This document shows positions 42,042 through 53,406 of a stretch of 64,000 nt of DNA, piece by piece; within the stretch, counting starts at the first letter, position 1, and each line of letters starts with the position of its first letter. The notes below the pieces were generated by a model that ran no database searches, was not told the origin of the DNA, and worked only from the letters and a program-made list of their open reading frames with translations. The stretch comes from Nitrospirota bacterium. Its GTDB lineage: Bacteria > Nitrospirota > UBA9217. The stretch is taken from contig CAVTRN010000001.1 of assembly GCA_963737155.1 (NCBI GenBank), positions 288,001 to 352,000 of the forward strand, in the 5' to 3' direction. The position numbers and the translations under genes are program-made.

Positions 42042-43039
42042 CCATCACCATGGGTGATCCGGCCGGTGTCGGCCCCGAGATCATTGCAAAGGTTATCGAA
42101 AGCGGAGAAATCTTTCCGCTTTGCAGGCCAGTGGTAATCGGTGATGCAAACGTGCTGAGAAAGCTAGTTGAAGAATTGCGTCTCTCCGTCTCCATAAGGA
42201 TCATCGCTTCCGTTGCGGAAGCGGATCCCATGGCCGGCTATCTCGACGTTCTCGACCTGGGCATGGTGGAAATCTCGCGCCATTCCTGGGGCACGCCTGA
42301 CGCATCATCGGGAAGGGCCGTCGTCGAGTATATCAAAAAAGCCACGATGCTGGCGATGAACGCCGAAGCAGATGCCGTGGTAACCGCCCCGATCAGCAAG
42401 GAAATGATGAATGCGGCTGGCCATCACTACGCCGGCCACACGGAGCTGTTCGCGGAGTTGACGGGCTCACGGGACTACGGCATGCTTTTCACCGGCGGCG
42501 GTTTGCGGGTCATTCTCGCGACCATACACGTTGCGCTGAAAGATGTTGCCGGGCTCATCACGAGAGAATCAGTATTGAAGACCCTCCGCCTCGCACAGAA
42601 GGCCATGCCTTTCTTCGGCATCGAAAAACCTCGTATCGGCGTCGCGGCACTTAACCCCCACGCGGGCGAAGGCAGACTCTTCGGCTCCGAGGAATGGGAC
42701 ATAATTCTTCCCGCGGTAATCAAGGCCCGGTCGGAAGGCATCAACGCGAGCAATCCGCTGCCTGCCGATACGCTCTTTTACAAAGCTCGCAATAATTACT
42801 TTGACATCGTCGTTGCCATGTACCATGATCAGGGGCTGGCGCCGCTCAAAATGCTTGCCTTCGGCAATGCCGTCAACGTGACTGTTGGTCTTCCAATCAT
42901 CCGCACGTCGGTGGACCATGGCACCGCATACGATATCGCCGGAAAAGGCTGTGCGAATCCGGCAAGCCTGTTCGAGGCCGTCAAGCTGGCAGCGGCTATG
43001 AGCACTCACCGGAAGCGGTCGACGAAGGAGCATTCTTGA
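42020..43039 (+). CDS. pdxA: 4-hydroxythreonine-4-phosphate dehydrogenase
   Basis: MGDPAGVGPE, GHTE, LNPHAGE, MYHDQG and RTSVDHGTA motifs. Confidence 0.95.
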   Translation: MEQKPLIAITMGDPAGVGPEIIAKVIESGEIFPLCRPVVIGDANVLRKLVEELRLSVSIRIIASVAEADPMAGYLDVLDLGMVEISRHSWGTPDASSGRAVVEYIKKATMLAMNAEADAVVTAPISKEMMNAAGHHYAGHTELFAELTGSRDYGMLFTGGGLRVILATIHVALKDVAGLITRESVLKTLRLAQKAMPFFGIEKPRIGVAALNPHAGEGRLFGSEEWDIILPAVIKARSEGINASNPLPADTLFYKARNNYFDIVVAMYHDQGLAPLKMLAFGNAVNVTVGLPIIRTSVDHGTAYDIAGKGCANPASLFEAVKLAAAMSTHRKRSTKEHS

Positions 43040-44106
43040 ACTTGAAGCCGCAGCCCTTTCTCAATCGATCTAATCTCTCCGCCGCTGCATTTTTCGGCCT
43101 CTTCATTTTTCTGCTCTACCAGATAACGATCCTGCTTGCGCCGCTTTTAACCCCTCTCATCTGGGCATCCATCGTTGCTCTAGCGCTGTACCCGATTTAC
43201 CAGAAACTCGTCCTGCGGCTGAGAGGAAAACGCGGATTGACTGCAGCCATTATGACATTCGTGATCCTGATTCTCATCATCGGACCCGCTGTGACCCTGT
43301 TGATACTTCTGGTTACGCAGGCTGTTGACATCTATCAGTGGACCTCCGCAAACATCCAGACAGGCAAGCTTGCCGACCTCTGGACTCAGCTTACTTCGTC
43401 CTTCCTCGATAAGCTTCATGCCCACCCGGTGCTGGCGGGACTTGATATCAAAAGCATAGTCATGAAAAGCATTGGCGATATTTCCTCGGGCCTTGCCGGG
43501 CAGATTGGTGGCATCCTGAAACATACGGCAATACTCATTGTCAACATCCTGATCATGCTCATCGCGCTCTTCTTTTTTTTCAGAGACGGCGAGGCTTACT
43601 ACAATACCGTTATAGACCTGCTCCCTTTTACCAAGAAACATAAAGACGCGATTGCGCAGAAATTCGTAGACACCTTCGCTGCCGTAATCAATGGAGTGTT
43701 TCTTATAGCTCTGCTGCAGGGCGTTCTGACCGGGATCGGCTTTTTTTTATTTCACATTCCCTTCGCGATCTTTTGGGGGTTTCTGGCCGCCGCGCTGGCA
43801 TTGCTTCCTATTGGCGGGGCAGCGCTCGTCTGGATACCCGGCGCCATTTACTCGTATTTGACAGGATCACTGCTTTCAGGAGTTCTGCTTTTTGTTTGGG
43901 GAGTACTCCTCATCACGCTGCCTGAAAATTTTTTGAGGCCGCTCCTAATCGGCAGGAAGACGCAGATCCCAGCCTTCGTGCTCTTCATCGCATTACTAGG
44001 CGGCCTTGAGGCTTACGGCATTCTCGGGATACTGTTCGGCCCGATCATAGTTACGTTGGTCATGGTCTTTATCAAAATTTATCGTGAGGAGTTTTCGGAC
44101 CAGTGA
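43036..44106 (+). CDS. AI-2E/PerM family transporter
   Basis: FFFFRDG, LPIGGAALVWIP, ENFLRP and GILFGP motifs. Confidence 0.9.
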   Translation: MNLKPQPFLNRSNLSAAAFFGLFIFLLYQITILLAPLLTPLIWASIVALALYPIYQKLVLRLRGKRGLTAAIMTFVILILIIGPAVTLLILLVTQAVDIYQWTSANIQTGKLADLWTQLTSSFLDKLHAHPVLAGLDIKSIVMKSIGDISSGLAGQIGGILKHTAILIVNILIMLIALFFFFRDGEAYYNTVIDLLPFTKKHKDAIAQKFVDTFAAVINGVFLIALLQGVLTGIGFFLFHIPFAIFWGFLAAALALLPIGGAALVWIPGAIYSYLTGSLLSGVLLFVWGVLLITLPENFLRPLLIGRKTQIPAFVLFIALLGGLEAYGILGILFGPIIVTLVMVFIKIYREEFSDQ

Positions 44107-44183
44107 ATTAATCCGGTTCATCAGCCTCGGCTTTTTCCCCAGTTAAACGGAACCACTCATTACTCTGAAAGGAATAAAAGAAT

Positions 44184-44867
44184 ATGGAAGATTTATCGAA
44201 ATCCGATACCTGGCGTGTGTTCCGCATCATGGCCGAACTCGTGGAAGGCTTTGAGGCCTTGCATGGAATCGGCCCGGCTGTAACGATCTTCGGAAGCGCC
44301 CGTATCCAGCCAGGATCGCCTTTCTATAGTAAATGCTTGAAGACTGCCGAGAACTTGGCAAAAGAGGGTTTTGCTGTGATCTCCGGAGGCGGGCCGGGCA
44401 TCATGGAGGCGGCAAGCAAAGGCGCGCAGCACGCAAACGGTATCTCCGTCGGACTGAACATCGAGCTTCCCTCGGAACAGATGCCGAATCAGTTTCAGGA
44501 TGTACGGCTCGAATTCCGCTACTTTTTTGTCCGCAAACTGATGTTCGTAAAATATGCCGTTGGATATGTGATATTCCCTGGCGGCTTCGGCACCATGGAC
44601 GAACTCTTCGAGGCGCTTACCCTTATCCAGACCAAGAAGATCAGGGGCTTTCCGGTTGTTCTCGTGGGGAGGGATTACTGGGGTGGATTGATCGGCTGGC
44701 TTCGGCAGACAATGCTTGCGAACGGGAACATCAGCCCTGAAGATCTCGACCTGATGCATATTGTCGATGAACCCGAGGAAGTCTGCACCATTATCAGCAA
44801 GAAATACAAGGACCGGGTGAGCGTCATCCACAAGGACAGGAGAGATAATACCAGGAAAGGCGTTTAA
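44184..44867 (+). CDS. LOG family nucleotide phosphoribohydrolase (TIGR00730)
   Basis: IFGSAR, GGGPGIMEA, YFFVRK and PGGFGTMDE motifs. Confidence 0.93.
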   Translation: MEDLSKSDTWRVFRIMAELVEGFEALHGIGPAVTIFGSARIQPGSPFYSKCLKTAENLAKEGFAVISGGGPGIMEAASKGAQHANGISVGLNIELPSEQMPNQFQDVRLEFRYFFVRKLMFVKYAVGYVIFPGGFGTMDELFEALTLIQTKKIRGFPVVLVGRDYWGGLIGWLRQTMLANGNISPEDLDLMHIVDEPEEVCTIISKKYKDRVSVIHKDRRDNTRKGV

Positions 44868-45180
44868 CTACGGCCCCTTTTCTCGACTTGGAACGCTCGT
44901 TTAATGCCTTCAGATGCTGCACCACGCGTATCCTGCAAAGCCACCGCTGTATGTTCTCGCAATATCTCGGCATAAAAAGGGTCACCTTCAACAACAATGA
45001 AGATCGCATAGGACCCGATCCCCGGATGACATGCATGAACGGATTTTTATCGGTAAAATATTTGACCTGCCCATGCCGGGAACAGAAGTGAGTTAATTTC
45101 CCCCTGAAAAAAACACAGAGGAGATGTTTCCCGCGACAGTTTTTTTTCAAGCTCGATCGTGGAGAGGAATCCCGCTAGAG

Positions 45181-45471
45181 CTATTTTTTAAACAAGTTAT
45201 CAAGTGCCTTGCGCGCTTCAGCCTTAGCATCCGCTGGGGTGCCATTGCCGAAAGCTTGTTCCGATATAGAAAAATAATCACAAAAGTTGGCCCGCCCTTT
45301 ATCCTTAACCAACTCCGCAATCGGTTCCCGGCACTGCTTGGATGCGTCTCGGCAATAGAAACCGCAGTTCAGGCAACAGTGCAAGTCGGCGTCGCATCGC
45401 GGGCACACATCCCGTCGACCGACAGTCTGACTCACAGTGAGTTCATTTTTGCAGGCATGACAGCTCTTCAT
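45181..45471 (-). CDS. Small Cys-rich zinc-binding hypothetical protein
   Basis: CHAC, CPRC, CLNC, QCRE and NFCDYF; ends LDNLFKK. Confidence 0.8.
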   Translation of the reverse strand: MKSCHACKNELTVSQTVGRRDVCPRCDADLHCCLNCGFYCRDASKQCREPIAELVKDKGRANFCDYFSISEQAFGNGTPADAKAEARKALDNLFKK

Positions 45472-45785
45472 TGTGATTTATTTTATCCGATTATCCTATC
45501 GAAGACAAGCTGAAAACAATAACTGACATCCCTCATTGATGTTTTGATCAACATCAATGAGGATCGCCAACCTTTCCGGTCCCGGATCCAAGACCTTCCG
45601 TCGCTCGCCAGATCCCTGCAGGGAACGGAGACAATGGGCATTATAAGGGCGCAATTATGTCCAATATACACTTGATGATTTTTTTGCTATAATCATTTTA
45701 CTGTATCGGTCATCTTAATCGAGTGGTCGATTCCGGTGATAAACCAATATCCTAATGAGAAGAATATGCCAAGGGGGGTATGCAT

Positions 45786-46103
45786 ATGGCGATTAAAATT
45801 CTTGTCGAGAACCTGCCGCCAGATGTTACCGAAGACAGATTGATGGATGTTTTCTCCCAGGTCGGAGCCGTTGAATCGGTCAAGATACAAATGGACCTGC
45901 TGACGCATCGCCCCAAGGGATCGGGTTATATCGAGATGTCTCTGGATGTGGACGCCTACCGGGCGGTAAATTGTTTTAATGGAGCAACATTTAAAAACAG
46001 AAAAATTTACGTTCGCGTAGCAAAGCCTTTCTACGAACGGGCTGTGCAAGTGTTGTGGCAACGCCTGAGTGAGGTGACGCGACTCAGGGATGAGAGACGA
46101 TGA
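45786..46103 (+). CDS. RRM RNA-binding protein
   Basis: RNP2-like ILVENL and RNP1-like KGSGYIEM. Confidence 0.85.
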   Translation: MAIKILVENLPPDVTEDRLMDVFSQVGAVESVKIQMDLLTHRPKGSGYIEMSLDVDAYRAVNCFNGATFKNRKIYVRVAKPFYERAVQVLWQRLSEVTRLRDERR

Positions 46104-46618
46104 ACGGACCATGCAAGTTGACCTCTGGCATGTCGTTTCATGGGACAAGAAAAAATCATGCGGCAATCACGCGGGAAACGATGTTCGTTGCCATAATTAC
46201 CGTTGACCGCGTTTTCCCGGGGTTGTAAGTTCTGCGCAAAAAGTGACATCCGATTCAGGCAAGCCTTTTCCCGTTTTTGTCTCATCACCGTACCTAATAC
46301 CGTAGCAAACAAAGGCATCTGTCTAATCTTTTCACAATAACGTTACGTTTTTGGCAGCCAGCGCATTTTATCCTTGCCCTGAAGAGGCTGGCTTTACGGT
46401 GCAGAAGGATAAAAAGGCTGGAATAAGTGGATCAACTTTGGTAATATGCGATAATTTAAACGATACGCTTACATTTGATTGTTCTCCAACCGGATTGGAA
46501 CGATAGAAGAGAGACAGCTTTTCCCGAGCGCCATACAGTCGCGAGTCTGGCTGATATCAAGTTCGTAAGATAACGTTCATCGTATAACCAAATCGAAAGG
46601 TTCGAGCAAAACTGGCAA

Positions 46619-48055
46619 ATGGAATCAACCTCACCGAAAAAAATCATCCCTAAAAAGACCCCCATCCCTGTTCAGAATCCCTCGATACGACGGACAAACT
46701 TCGAAGAAGTCGCTCTTGGCTATTCGATTGAGCAGGCACTTCTCGAAGCGTCGCGGTGCCTTCAGTGCGCAAAGCCGCGCTGCGTTACAGGTTGCCCTGT
46801 CGGTGTTCCAATTCCCGGCTTCATCAAGGCGATCCATGAAAATGACTTTGCCCGCGCAATCGAAATCATCAAGGCAGCTAATTTACTCCCTGCAGTTTGC
46901 GGACGGGTTTGCCCCCAAGAAAGCCAGTGCGAAAAACACTGTACTCTTTCCGAGAAATTTGAAGCTGTTGCGATTGGCAGGCTGGAGCGATTCGCGGCAG
47001 ACTGGGAGCGGCTGCGGGGGAGTGACAAAATGCCGGACTACGCGCCCGCAACCGGTAAAAAGGTGGCAATTATAGGGAGTGGCCCATCTGGCCTCACCTG
47101 CGCCTATGACCTCGCAAAACTCGGGCATCATGTCACGATCTACGAGGCGCTTCACGAGGCGGGCGGCGTGCTTGTTTACGGAATTCCCGAGTTCCGTCTG
47201 CCGAAAGCTATTGTTAAGCGGGAAGTCGAACTCCTCAAGCGGATGGGCGTGACCATTATCACCAATGCCGTGATCGGGAAAATCATGACCATCGACGAGA
47301 TCATGCTTGAATTCGACGCGTGCTTTCTCGGTACCGGGGCGGGGCTGCCCCGGTTTATGCACATTCCCGGCGAAAACCTGAACGGCGTTTACTCGGCCAA
47401 CGAATTCCTGACGAGAATCAACCTGATGCGCGCCTACCGTTTCCCGGAGTACGATTCTCCGGTCAGAAAAGGCGACCACATCGTCGTGGTGGGCGGCGGC
47501 AATGTCGCCATGGATTCGGCGCGGACAGCCCTCAGGCTCGGTGCGAAGGACGTGACAATGGTGTACCGCAGATCCCTGTCGGAATTACCTGCGAGAAAAG
47601 AAGAGGTTCATCATGCGGAGGAGGAAGGGATCGTCTTCGAGCTCTGCACAAATCCCGTGAGAATTCTCGGGGACGTGGACGGGCATGTAAGCGCGATCGA
47701 ATGCATACATATGGACCTGTGCGAACTCGACGAATCAGGTAGAAAAAAACCGAAGCCTGTGCCCGGATCGGAGTTCACCATTCCCGCTGATACCATTATC
47801 ATTGCTGTCGGCACCGGTGCCAATCCCCTGATCGCTCAAAGCGCTGGGGATATTGAAATGACCAAGCAGAAGTATATTGTTGCCGATGATGATACCGGGA
47901 AGACAAGCCGTGTGGGCGTCTACGCCGGTGGAGACGTCGTTACCGGTGCGGCTACAGTCATATCGGCCATGGGAGCGGGCAGGAAGGCCTCGAAGGCGAT
48001 TCATGAATATATGACTAATGAACCAGCGAGAAAAAGAGAAACTGCGGTTCGATAA
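46619..48055 (+). CDS. NfnB/SudA (GltD-like) NADPH-dependent iron-sulfur flavoprotein
   Basis: RCLQC..C..GCPV, CGRVCPQE, GSGPSG, YGIPEFRL and GGGNVAMD..YRR (NADP-type). Confidence 0.9.
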   Translation: MESTSPKKIIPKKTPIPVQNPSIRRTNFEEVALGYSIEQALLEASRCLQCAKPRCVTGCPVGVPIPGFIKAIHENDFARAIEIIKAANLLPAVCGRVCPQESQCEKHCTLSEKFEAVAIGRLERFAADWERLRGSDKMPDYAPATGKKVAIIGSGPSGLTCAYDLAKLGHHVTIYEALHEAGGVLVYGIPEFRLPKAIVKREVELLKRMGVTIITNAVIGKIMTIDEIMLEFDACFLGTGAGLPRFMHIPGENLNGVYSANEFLTRINLMRAYRFPEYDSPVRKGDHIVVVGGGNVAMDSARTALRLGAKDVTMVYRRSLSELPARKEEVHHAEEEGIVFELCTNPVRILGDVDGHVSAIECIHMDLCELDESGRKKPKPVPGSEFTIPADTIIIAVGTGANPLIAQSAGDIEMTKQKYIVADDDTGKTSRVGVYAGGDVVTGAATVISAMGAGRKASKAIHEYMTNEPARKRETAVR

Positions 48056-48168
48056 TTTGTTGAAATAATGCCGCGTTGACCTGTGGAATCTTAAAAAAGG
48101 CAGATTTTCAGCTCGTTCCTCGACACACTTTTCGCCTTTTGATCACTCGTGATCGCTCAATTTCACGA

Positions 48169-48216
48169 AAAAAATCCCTTTACTCAAATTATATCGAGTA
48201 AAGGGATTTAATTTTT
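48169..48216. terminator. Bidirectional terminator between the nfnB-like gene and fhs
   Basis: AAATCCCTTTACTC..GAGTAAAGGGATTT stem with flanking A/T runs. Confidence 0.75.
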
Positions 48217-48321
48217 TATTGGGAAACCATAAGGAAAAAATTTCGACACCTAAAGCTTATGCCTGGCCGAACATCAGCCTGGGTTTTGAACTCGATCGAA
48301 ATTTCAGATGCTTGACGCTCT

Positions 48322-50085
48322 TTAGAACACGCCTTTGACCTTCCCTGTCTCCACATCCACATCCACCCGCCGATACGCGGGATCTGACGAGGTACCGGGC
48401 ATGAGCGTAATAGTACCGGCAACGGGGACGACAAACCCTGCTCCTTTATAGGTAAGGATGTCTCTGATCCGGAGTCTCCATCCTTTGGGAACACCCTTGA
48501 GATTCGGGTTGTCGGTCAGTGACAGATGCGTCTTAACCATGCAAGTACCGAGCTTTGCAGTCTCCGGATCGGCCTCCATCTTCCTGGCCTTGGCCTCGGC
48601 CTCAGGCGTGTAATCCACACCGTCCGCACCGTACACTTCCTTGGCGATAAGTTCGATACGCTTGCGAAGCGGGGTATCGAGCTCATAGAGGAGCTTGAAG
48701 TCGTTCTTTTCGTTGCAGGCATCAATGACTGCGTCCGCGAAATCAAGCGCGCCATCTCCGCCCTTCTCCCAGTGACGGGACAAGGCTACGCGCGCGCCCG
48801 CCGCCTCGGCAAGCCCACGCACAGCCTTGATTTCGTTGTCCGTATCGGTGTAGAAGGCATTGATGCAGACAACGGGATTGATACCAGCCTTCTTCACGGT
48901 CTTTATATGATGGATCAGGTTCTCGCAGCCCTTCTCGACCCATCCCACATTCTCACCTTTATACTCGGCAGGCAGCGGCTTGCCCGGCACCGGAATCGGA
49001 GCGCCGCCGTGGCACTTGAGTGCACGGATCGTTGCGACGATAACCGCAGCGTGGGGTTTGAGGCCCGACATGCGGCACTTGAGGTTCCAGAATTTCTCGA
49101 AGCCTATGTCCGCGGCAAAACCCGACTCGGTCACAACGTAGTCGCCGAGTTTGAGAGCGACACGGTCGGCGATGATTGACGACTGGCCGATGGCGATGTT
49201 TGCAAAAGGGCCCGCATGCACGAACACGGGCTGTCCTTCGATGGTCTGGAGCAGGTTAGGGTTCAGCGCTTCGACCATCCAGGCAGTCATGGCGCCGTCC
49301 ACCCCCAAGTCGGCCGTCGTAATCGGCGTACCGTCCTTGCTATTTGCAACAACGATTCTTCCCATGCGTTCGCGCATGTCCTTCAAGTCCTTCGCGACGG
49401 CCAGGATAGCCATCACTTCCGACGACACGGCAATGGCGAAGCCTGACTTCATCATGAAACCGTTCGACTTTCCACCCATGCCGATGACAATTTCGCGGAG
49501 GGACTGAGCGCAAAAGTCCATGATCCACTTCATCTCAACATTGTGAGGGTCGATATTTAGGCGTTTCAATTTTCTCTTTGCAAGCTGCTCATCGCTGTAA
49601 TTGAACTCATGCTGCATGCGGGAAGTCAAGGCCACCATCGCAAGGTTGTGAGCGTTCATAATGGCGTTGATGTCGCCTGTGAGTCCGAGCGAAAACGGGG
49701 TAAGCGGGATGACCTGAGAAAGACCACCGCCAGCCGCGGATCCCTTGATGTTCATCGTTGGACCACCCGAAGGTTGCCGGATCGCGGCAATCACGTTCTT
49801 GCCTCGCTTGCCCAAGCCTTGGGTGAGGCCAATGGTCGAGGTGGATTTGCCTTCGCCGAGGGGCGTAGGTGTGATAGCGGTTACGTCGACGTACTTCCCG
49901 TCCGGCTTTCCTTCAAACCGCTTGAGCACCTTTTTAAAGTCAACCTTTGCGATATAGTGCCCATGGAGCAGAAGCTCATCGTCATTGAGCCCCATCATCT
50001 TCGCGATCTCGACGATCGGCTTCATTCTTGTTTCCGAATCTTCCGCAATTTCCCAGTCAGCATGCTTCGTTGGATCAAGTACCAT
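48322..50085 (-). CDS. fhs: Formate--tetrahydrofolate ligase
   Basis: [32 protein letters not shown] and [10 protein letters not shown] motifs. Confidence 0.97.
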   Translation of the reverse strand: MVLDPTKHADWEIAEDSETRMKPIVEIAKMMGLNDDELLLHGHYIAKVDFKKVLKRFEGKPDGKYVDVTAITPTPLGEGKSTSTIGLTQGLGKRGKNVIAAIRQPSGGPTMNIKGSAAGGGLSQVIPLTPFSLGLTGDINAIMNAHNLAMVALTSRMQHEFNYSDEQLAKRKLKRLNIDPHNVEMKWIMDFCAQSLREIVIGMGGKSNGFMMKSGFAIAVSSEVMAILAVAKDLKDMRERMGRIVVANSKDGTPITTADLGVDGAMTAWMVEALNPNLLQTIEGQPVFVHAGPFANIAIGQSSIIADRVALKLGDYVVTESGFAADIGFEKFWNLKCRMSGLKPHAAVIVATIRALKCHGGAPIPVPGKPLPAEYKGENVGWVEKGCENLIHHIKTVKKAGINPVVCINAFYTDTDNEIKAVRGLAEAAGARVALSRHWEKGGDGALDFADAVIDACNEKNDFKLLYELDTPLRKRIELIAKEVYGADGVDYTPEAEAKARKMEADPETAKLGTCMVKTHLSLTDNPNLKGVPKGWRLRIRDILTYKGAGFVVPVAGTITLMPGTSSDPAYRRVDVDVETGKVKGVF

Positions 50086-50112
50086 TCCCGGCCTCCCTTA
50101 TCAATAGATGTA

Positions 50113-50148
50113 GTTCAAACAGTTTAAACGGTTCAAGCGATTCAAAGA
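50113..50148. repeat. Degenerate 9-bp tandem repeat
   Basis: GTTCAAACA GTTTAAACG GTTCAAGCG ATTCAAAGA. Confidence 0.7.
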
Positions 50149-50165
50149 GAATTGGACTGCGTTGT

Positions 50166-50624
50166 TCAATAGCTGATCAGGAGCTTCATGAGCTTCTCGT
50201 TCATCGAATGCACATTCCTGCTCGCAATGCGGGCGAGGGTCTTCATAATTTTGTACATCATGCTCGCGTCGCTTATTTCGAACGCCTTGAAGACCTCAAT
50301 TTTGATCCGGTAAATCTCGGAGGCCTCAATGGCCGTAGCGTCGGCGCCGTGGTTCTGTTTGTCTTCGATGACGGCAAGCTCGCCGAAAATTTGGTTTTCC
50401 TGGAGAACGGCGAGGGTCTGCTTCCATCCGTCAGCCGTGTTCTTTGAAATCTCGACCCTTCCGCTCTTTACCAGGTAAATCCCTTTCGTCGTGTCGCCTT
50501 CCTTGAAAATCGGCTGCCCTTTGGCGTACTTCTCAAGCACGATCTTCTGCGCAATTACGCCGAGTTCGGAATCGGTCAGATCGCTGAAGAGAATCTGTTT
50601 CTTGAGTCCCGATGTGTCTGCCAT
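50166..50624 (-). CDS. Stand-alone cyclic-nucleotide-binding (Crp-type) domain protein, no HTH
   Basis: LFSDL, IFKEGD, YLVKSGRV and FGELA; 152 aa; GAGGAGG RBS. Confidence 0.9.
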   Translation of the reverse strand: MADTSGLKKQILFSDLTDSELGVIAQKIVLEKYAKGQPIFKEGDTTKGIYLVKSGRVEISKNTADGWKQTLAVLQENQIFGELAVIEDKQNHGADATAIEASEIYRIKIEVFKAFEISDASMMYKIMKTLARIASRNVHSMNEKLMKLLISY

Positions 50625-50730
50625 GGTGTCCTCCTCGCCAGAAAAACTTTTTTGCCGCAGAGTGAGAATCCTGAGAGATTTTTTTGAAGATTCGTCTCCC
50701 TGTTCTCCGCGGTGATTCGTTCGTTGGAAA

Positions 50731-53403
50731 TCAAGCCCTCTCGATCCGCACCGCCGAGACTTTGAACGATGGAATCTTCGCGATGGGGTCAAGAGAGTTG
50801 CTGCTCGTGAGCACATTTGCCGCAGCTTCCTTGAAATGGAAGGGCACAAACACAACGCCTTTCGCCGGCCGCTTGGTTACCAACGCTTTCACAATAATCG
50901 AGCCCCTGCGCGAGCTCACCTTCACTCTCGAACCAGCCTCAACGGCAAGAGCCCGCGCGTCCTCGGGATTGATCTCGACATACGACTCCGGCGAAACCGT
51001 ATTGATCGCCTTTACTCTTCTCGTCATGCCTCCGGTGTGGTATTGGAACAGCTGACGTCCCGTGGTCAGAATGAACGGATAATCCTGATCTGTCTCCTCA
51101 ACCGAAGGTTTGTATTTCACGAGCGTGAACCTGCCCTTGCCGCGCGGGAACCCGCCCTTGAACAGATATGGAGTGCCCGGATGTTCCGGCGTGGGGCAGG
51201 GCCACTGGAGCCCGCCGTCCTCGAGCCGGGCATAGCTCATGCCCGCCAGAGCGGGCCACGCTTGGCCGATCTCGCGGAATATCTCGACGGTATGGGAATA
51301 GAACATCTCGTAACCCATCCGCTTCGAAAGTTCCATGATGATGAGAGAATCCTTCATTGCGAGACCGGGGGAATTTACCGCCCTTCTTACCCGCTGCACG
51401 CGCCGCTCGGTATTCGTAAATGTGCCGACTTTTTCCGCGAACGACGAGCTGGGCAATACGACATGGGCAAGTTCCGCCGTTTCGGTCATGAAGATGTCCT
51501 GTACCACGAGAAACTCGAGTGATTTAAGCGCCTTGATCGTGTGCGCCATGTTGGGGTCCGAGACAACCGGATTTTCACCCATGATATACAGCGCCTTAAA
51601 GGTTCCCTTCTCCGCCGCCGCCAGCATTTCAGGGGAGGTGATTCCTTCCTTTTCGGAAAGTTTCGTTTTCCACAGATCCTCGAACTTCTGCTTGATCGCC
51701 GGGATGCTCACCCGCTGATAGCCCGGATACATGTTCGGAGTACAGCCCATGTCCGTGGAGCCCTGAACGTTGTTCTGGCCGCGGAGCGGGTTGACACCCG
51801 CGCTTTCCTTGCCGAGGTTGCCGGTCATGAGTGCCAAGTTGGCGATGGAAAACACGTTTTCGGTGCCGTGCGAGTGCTGAGTGATGCCCATCGTGTAGTA
51901 GGTGCCCGCGCGTTCAGAGCTTCCATAAAGACGGGCCGCTTTCACAATCAAGTCGGCGGGCACTCCGGTGATTTTCGAGACGACTTCCGGCGGATATTTT
52001 TCGATGTTCTTCTTGAATTCATCATCGAACCCTTCAGCCATTGTCGAGATGAAATCCTTCTTGATGAGGTTTTCCTTCAGGATGACGTGCATCATCCCGT
52101 TCAGGAGCGCCACGTCCGTGCCGGGCTTGTGCTGCATCCAGATATCGGCGAACCTGACCATCGGAACCCGCCTCGGGTCTGCGATGATGATTTTCGCGCC
52201 TTTGCGCTTCGCTTTTATCATCCGAAGCGCAACAATAGGGTGGTTCTCCTTGGTGTTCGATCCGATGATGAAGAGTACGTGATTGTTCTCAATCTCCTGC
52301 ATGGAGTTTGTCATTGCACCGGAACCGAATACGGTGGCCAGACCGGCCACAGTCGCACTATGTCAGTACCGTGCGCAGTGGTCGATATTGTTCGTGCCGA
52401 TTCCCGCGCGGATGAATTTCTGGAAAAGATAATTTTCCTCGTTCGTGCAGCGCGCCGAGGAGAGGCCGCCGATGGCATCCGGGCCGTGCTTCTGCTTAAT
52501 TGCCCCGAGCTTTTCGGCGATGAGCGAAAATGCTTCTTCCCAGGAAGCTTCAACGAACTTGCCCTCCCGCTTGATGAGCGGTGTCTTGAGACGGTCGGGA
52601 CTGTTGATAAAGCTGAATCCGAAACGCCCTTTGACGCAGAGCCATCCCTCGTTGATGGTGTCCGGCCTGGACGTGACACGGACTACTTCGTTCCTGCTCA
52701 CGTGCAAGGTAAGGTTGCATCCGCACCCGCAATAGCCGCAGATGGTGTCTACCTCCTTCACGTCCTTCTGCCTGCCCCTACCCAGGGACTGCTTGCCCAT
52801 CAGCGCTCCCGTCGGGCAGACGCTGATGCACTGTCCGCAGAACTCGCAATCGAGGTCCCTTTCAAAGGGTGTGGAGACCTTGGCAACAAACCCGCGGCTT
52901 GAGATATCAATGGCGCTCACGCCTTGGATCTCTTCGCAGACGCGCACGCACTTGCCGCAGAGGATGCATTTTTCCATGTCACGCTCGACGAAGGGGTTCA
53001 TGTCCTTCTTCGCGTATTGGCGCCGCTCGCCGTAAAACCGGTTTTTCCGGAGTTCATAGAAGTAGGCCAATTCCTGGAGCGTGCAATCGCCGGCCCGCTC
53101 GCAGACCATGCAATCGTTCGGATGGTCGGAAAGGAGGAGTTCCACGATGGTGCGGCGCTGCCGCTCTATCAGGTCGTTCGAAGTCTCGACTTCCATTCCA
53201 TCCATCACCGGCGTCGTGCAGGCCGTAACCGGCCTGGGCATGCCCTTGATCTGGACGAGGCAGAGCCTGCATCCCCCGTAGGGTTCGAGCCTCGGATCGT
53301 CGCAAAGCGTCGGGATGTAGATGTCGTTCTTTCGCGCGGCATCGAGGACTGTCGTGCCGTCGAGGACAGAGATTTTATTCCCGTTAATGGAAATATTCGC
53401 CAT
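50731..53403 (-). CDS. fdhA: Selenocysteine-containing formate dehydrogenase alpha subunit (890 aa, NuoG/HydA-type Fe-S N-terminus)
   Basis: The two track ORFs are in frame: NNIDHCARY-TGA-HSATVAGL matches the FdhF CARVUH motif. Also PLRGQNNVQG, CGYCGCGC and the N-terminal 2Fe-2S/4Fe-4S motifs. Confidence 0.93.
52331..52365 (-). promoter_or_regulatory. Bacterial SECIS element
   Basis: UGA, 12 nt, then the GUGGCC-GGUCU-GGCCAC hairpin. Confidence 0.88.
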
Positions 53404-53406
53404 GGC

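Noticed and set aside
44864-45090. Possible frameshifted PEP-utilising mobile-domain remnant or small ORFs
   Set aside because: The similarity is weak, requires a frameshift, and there is no RBS or start support.
50731-52350. Treating 50731..52350 and 52363..53403 as two genes or a pseudogene
   Set aside because: They are in the same frame, the TGA falls at the catalytic Cys/Sec position, and a SECIS hairpin follows. It is one selenoprotein.
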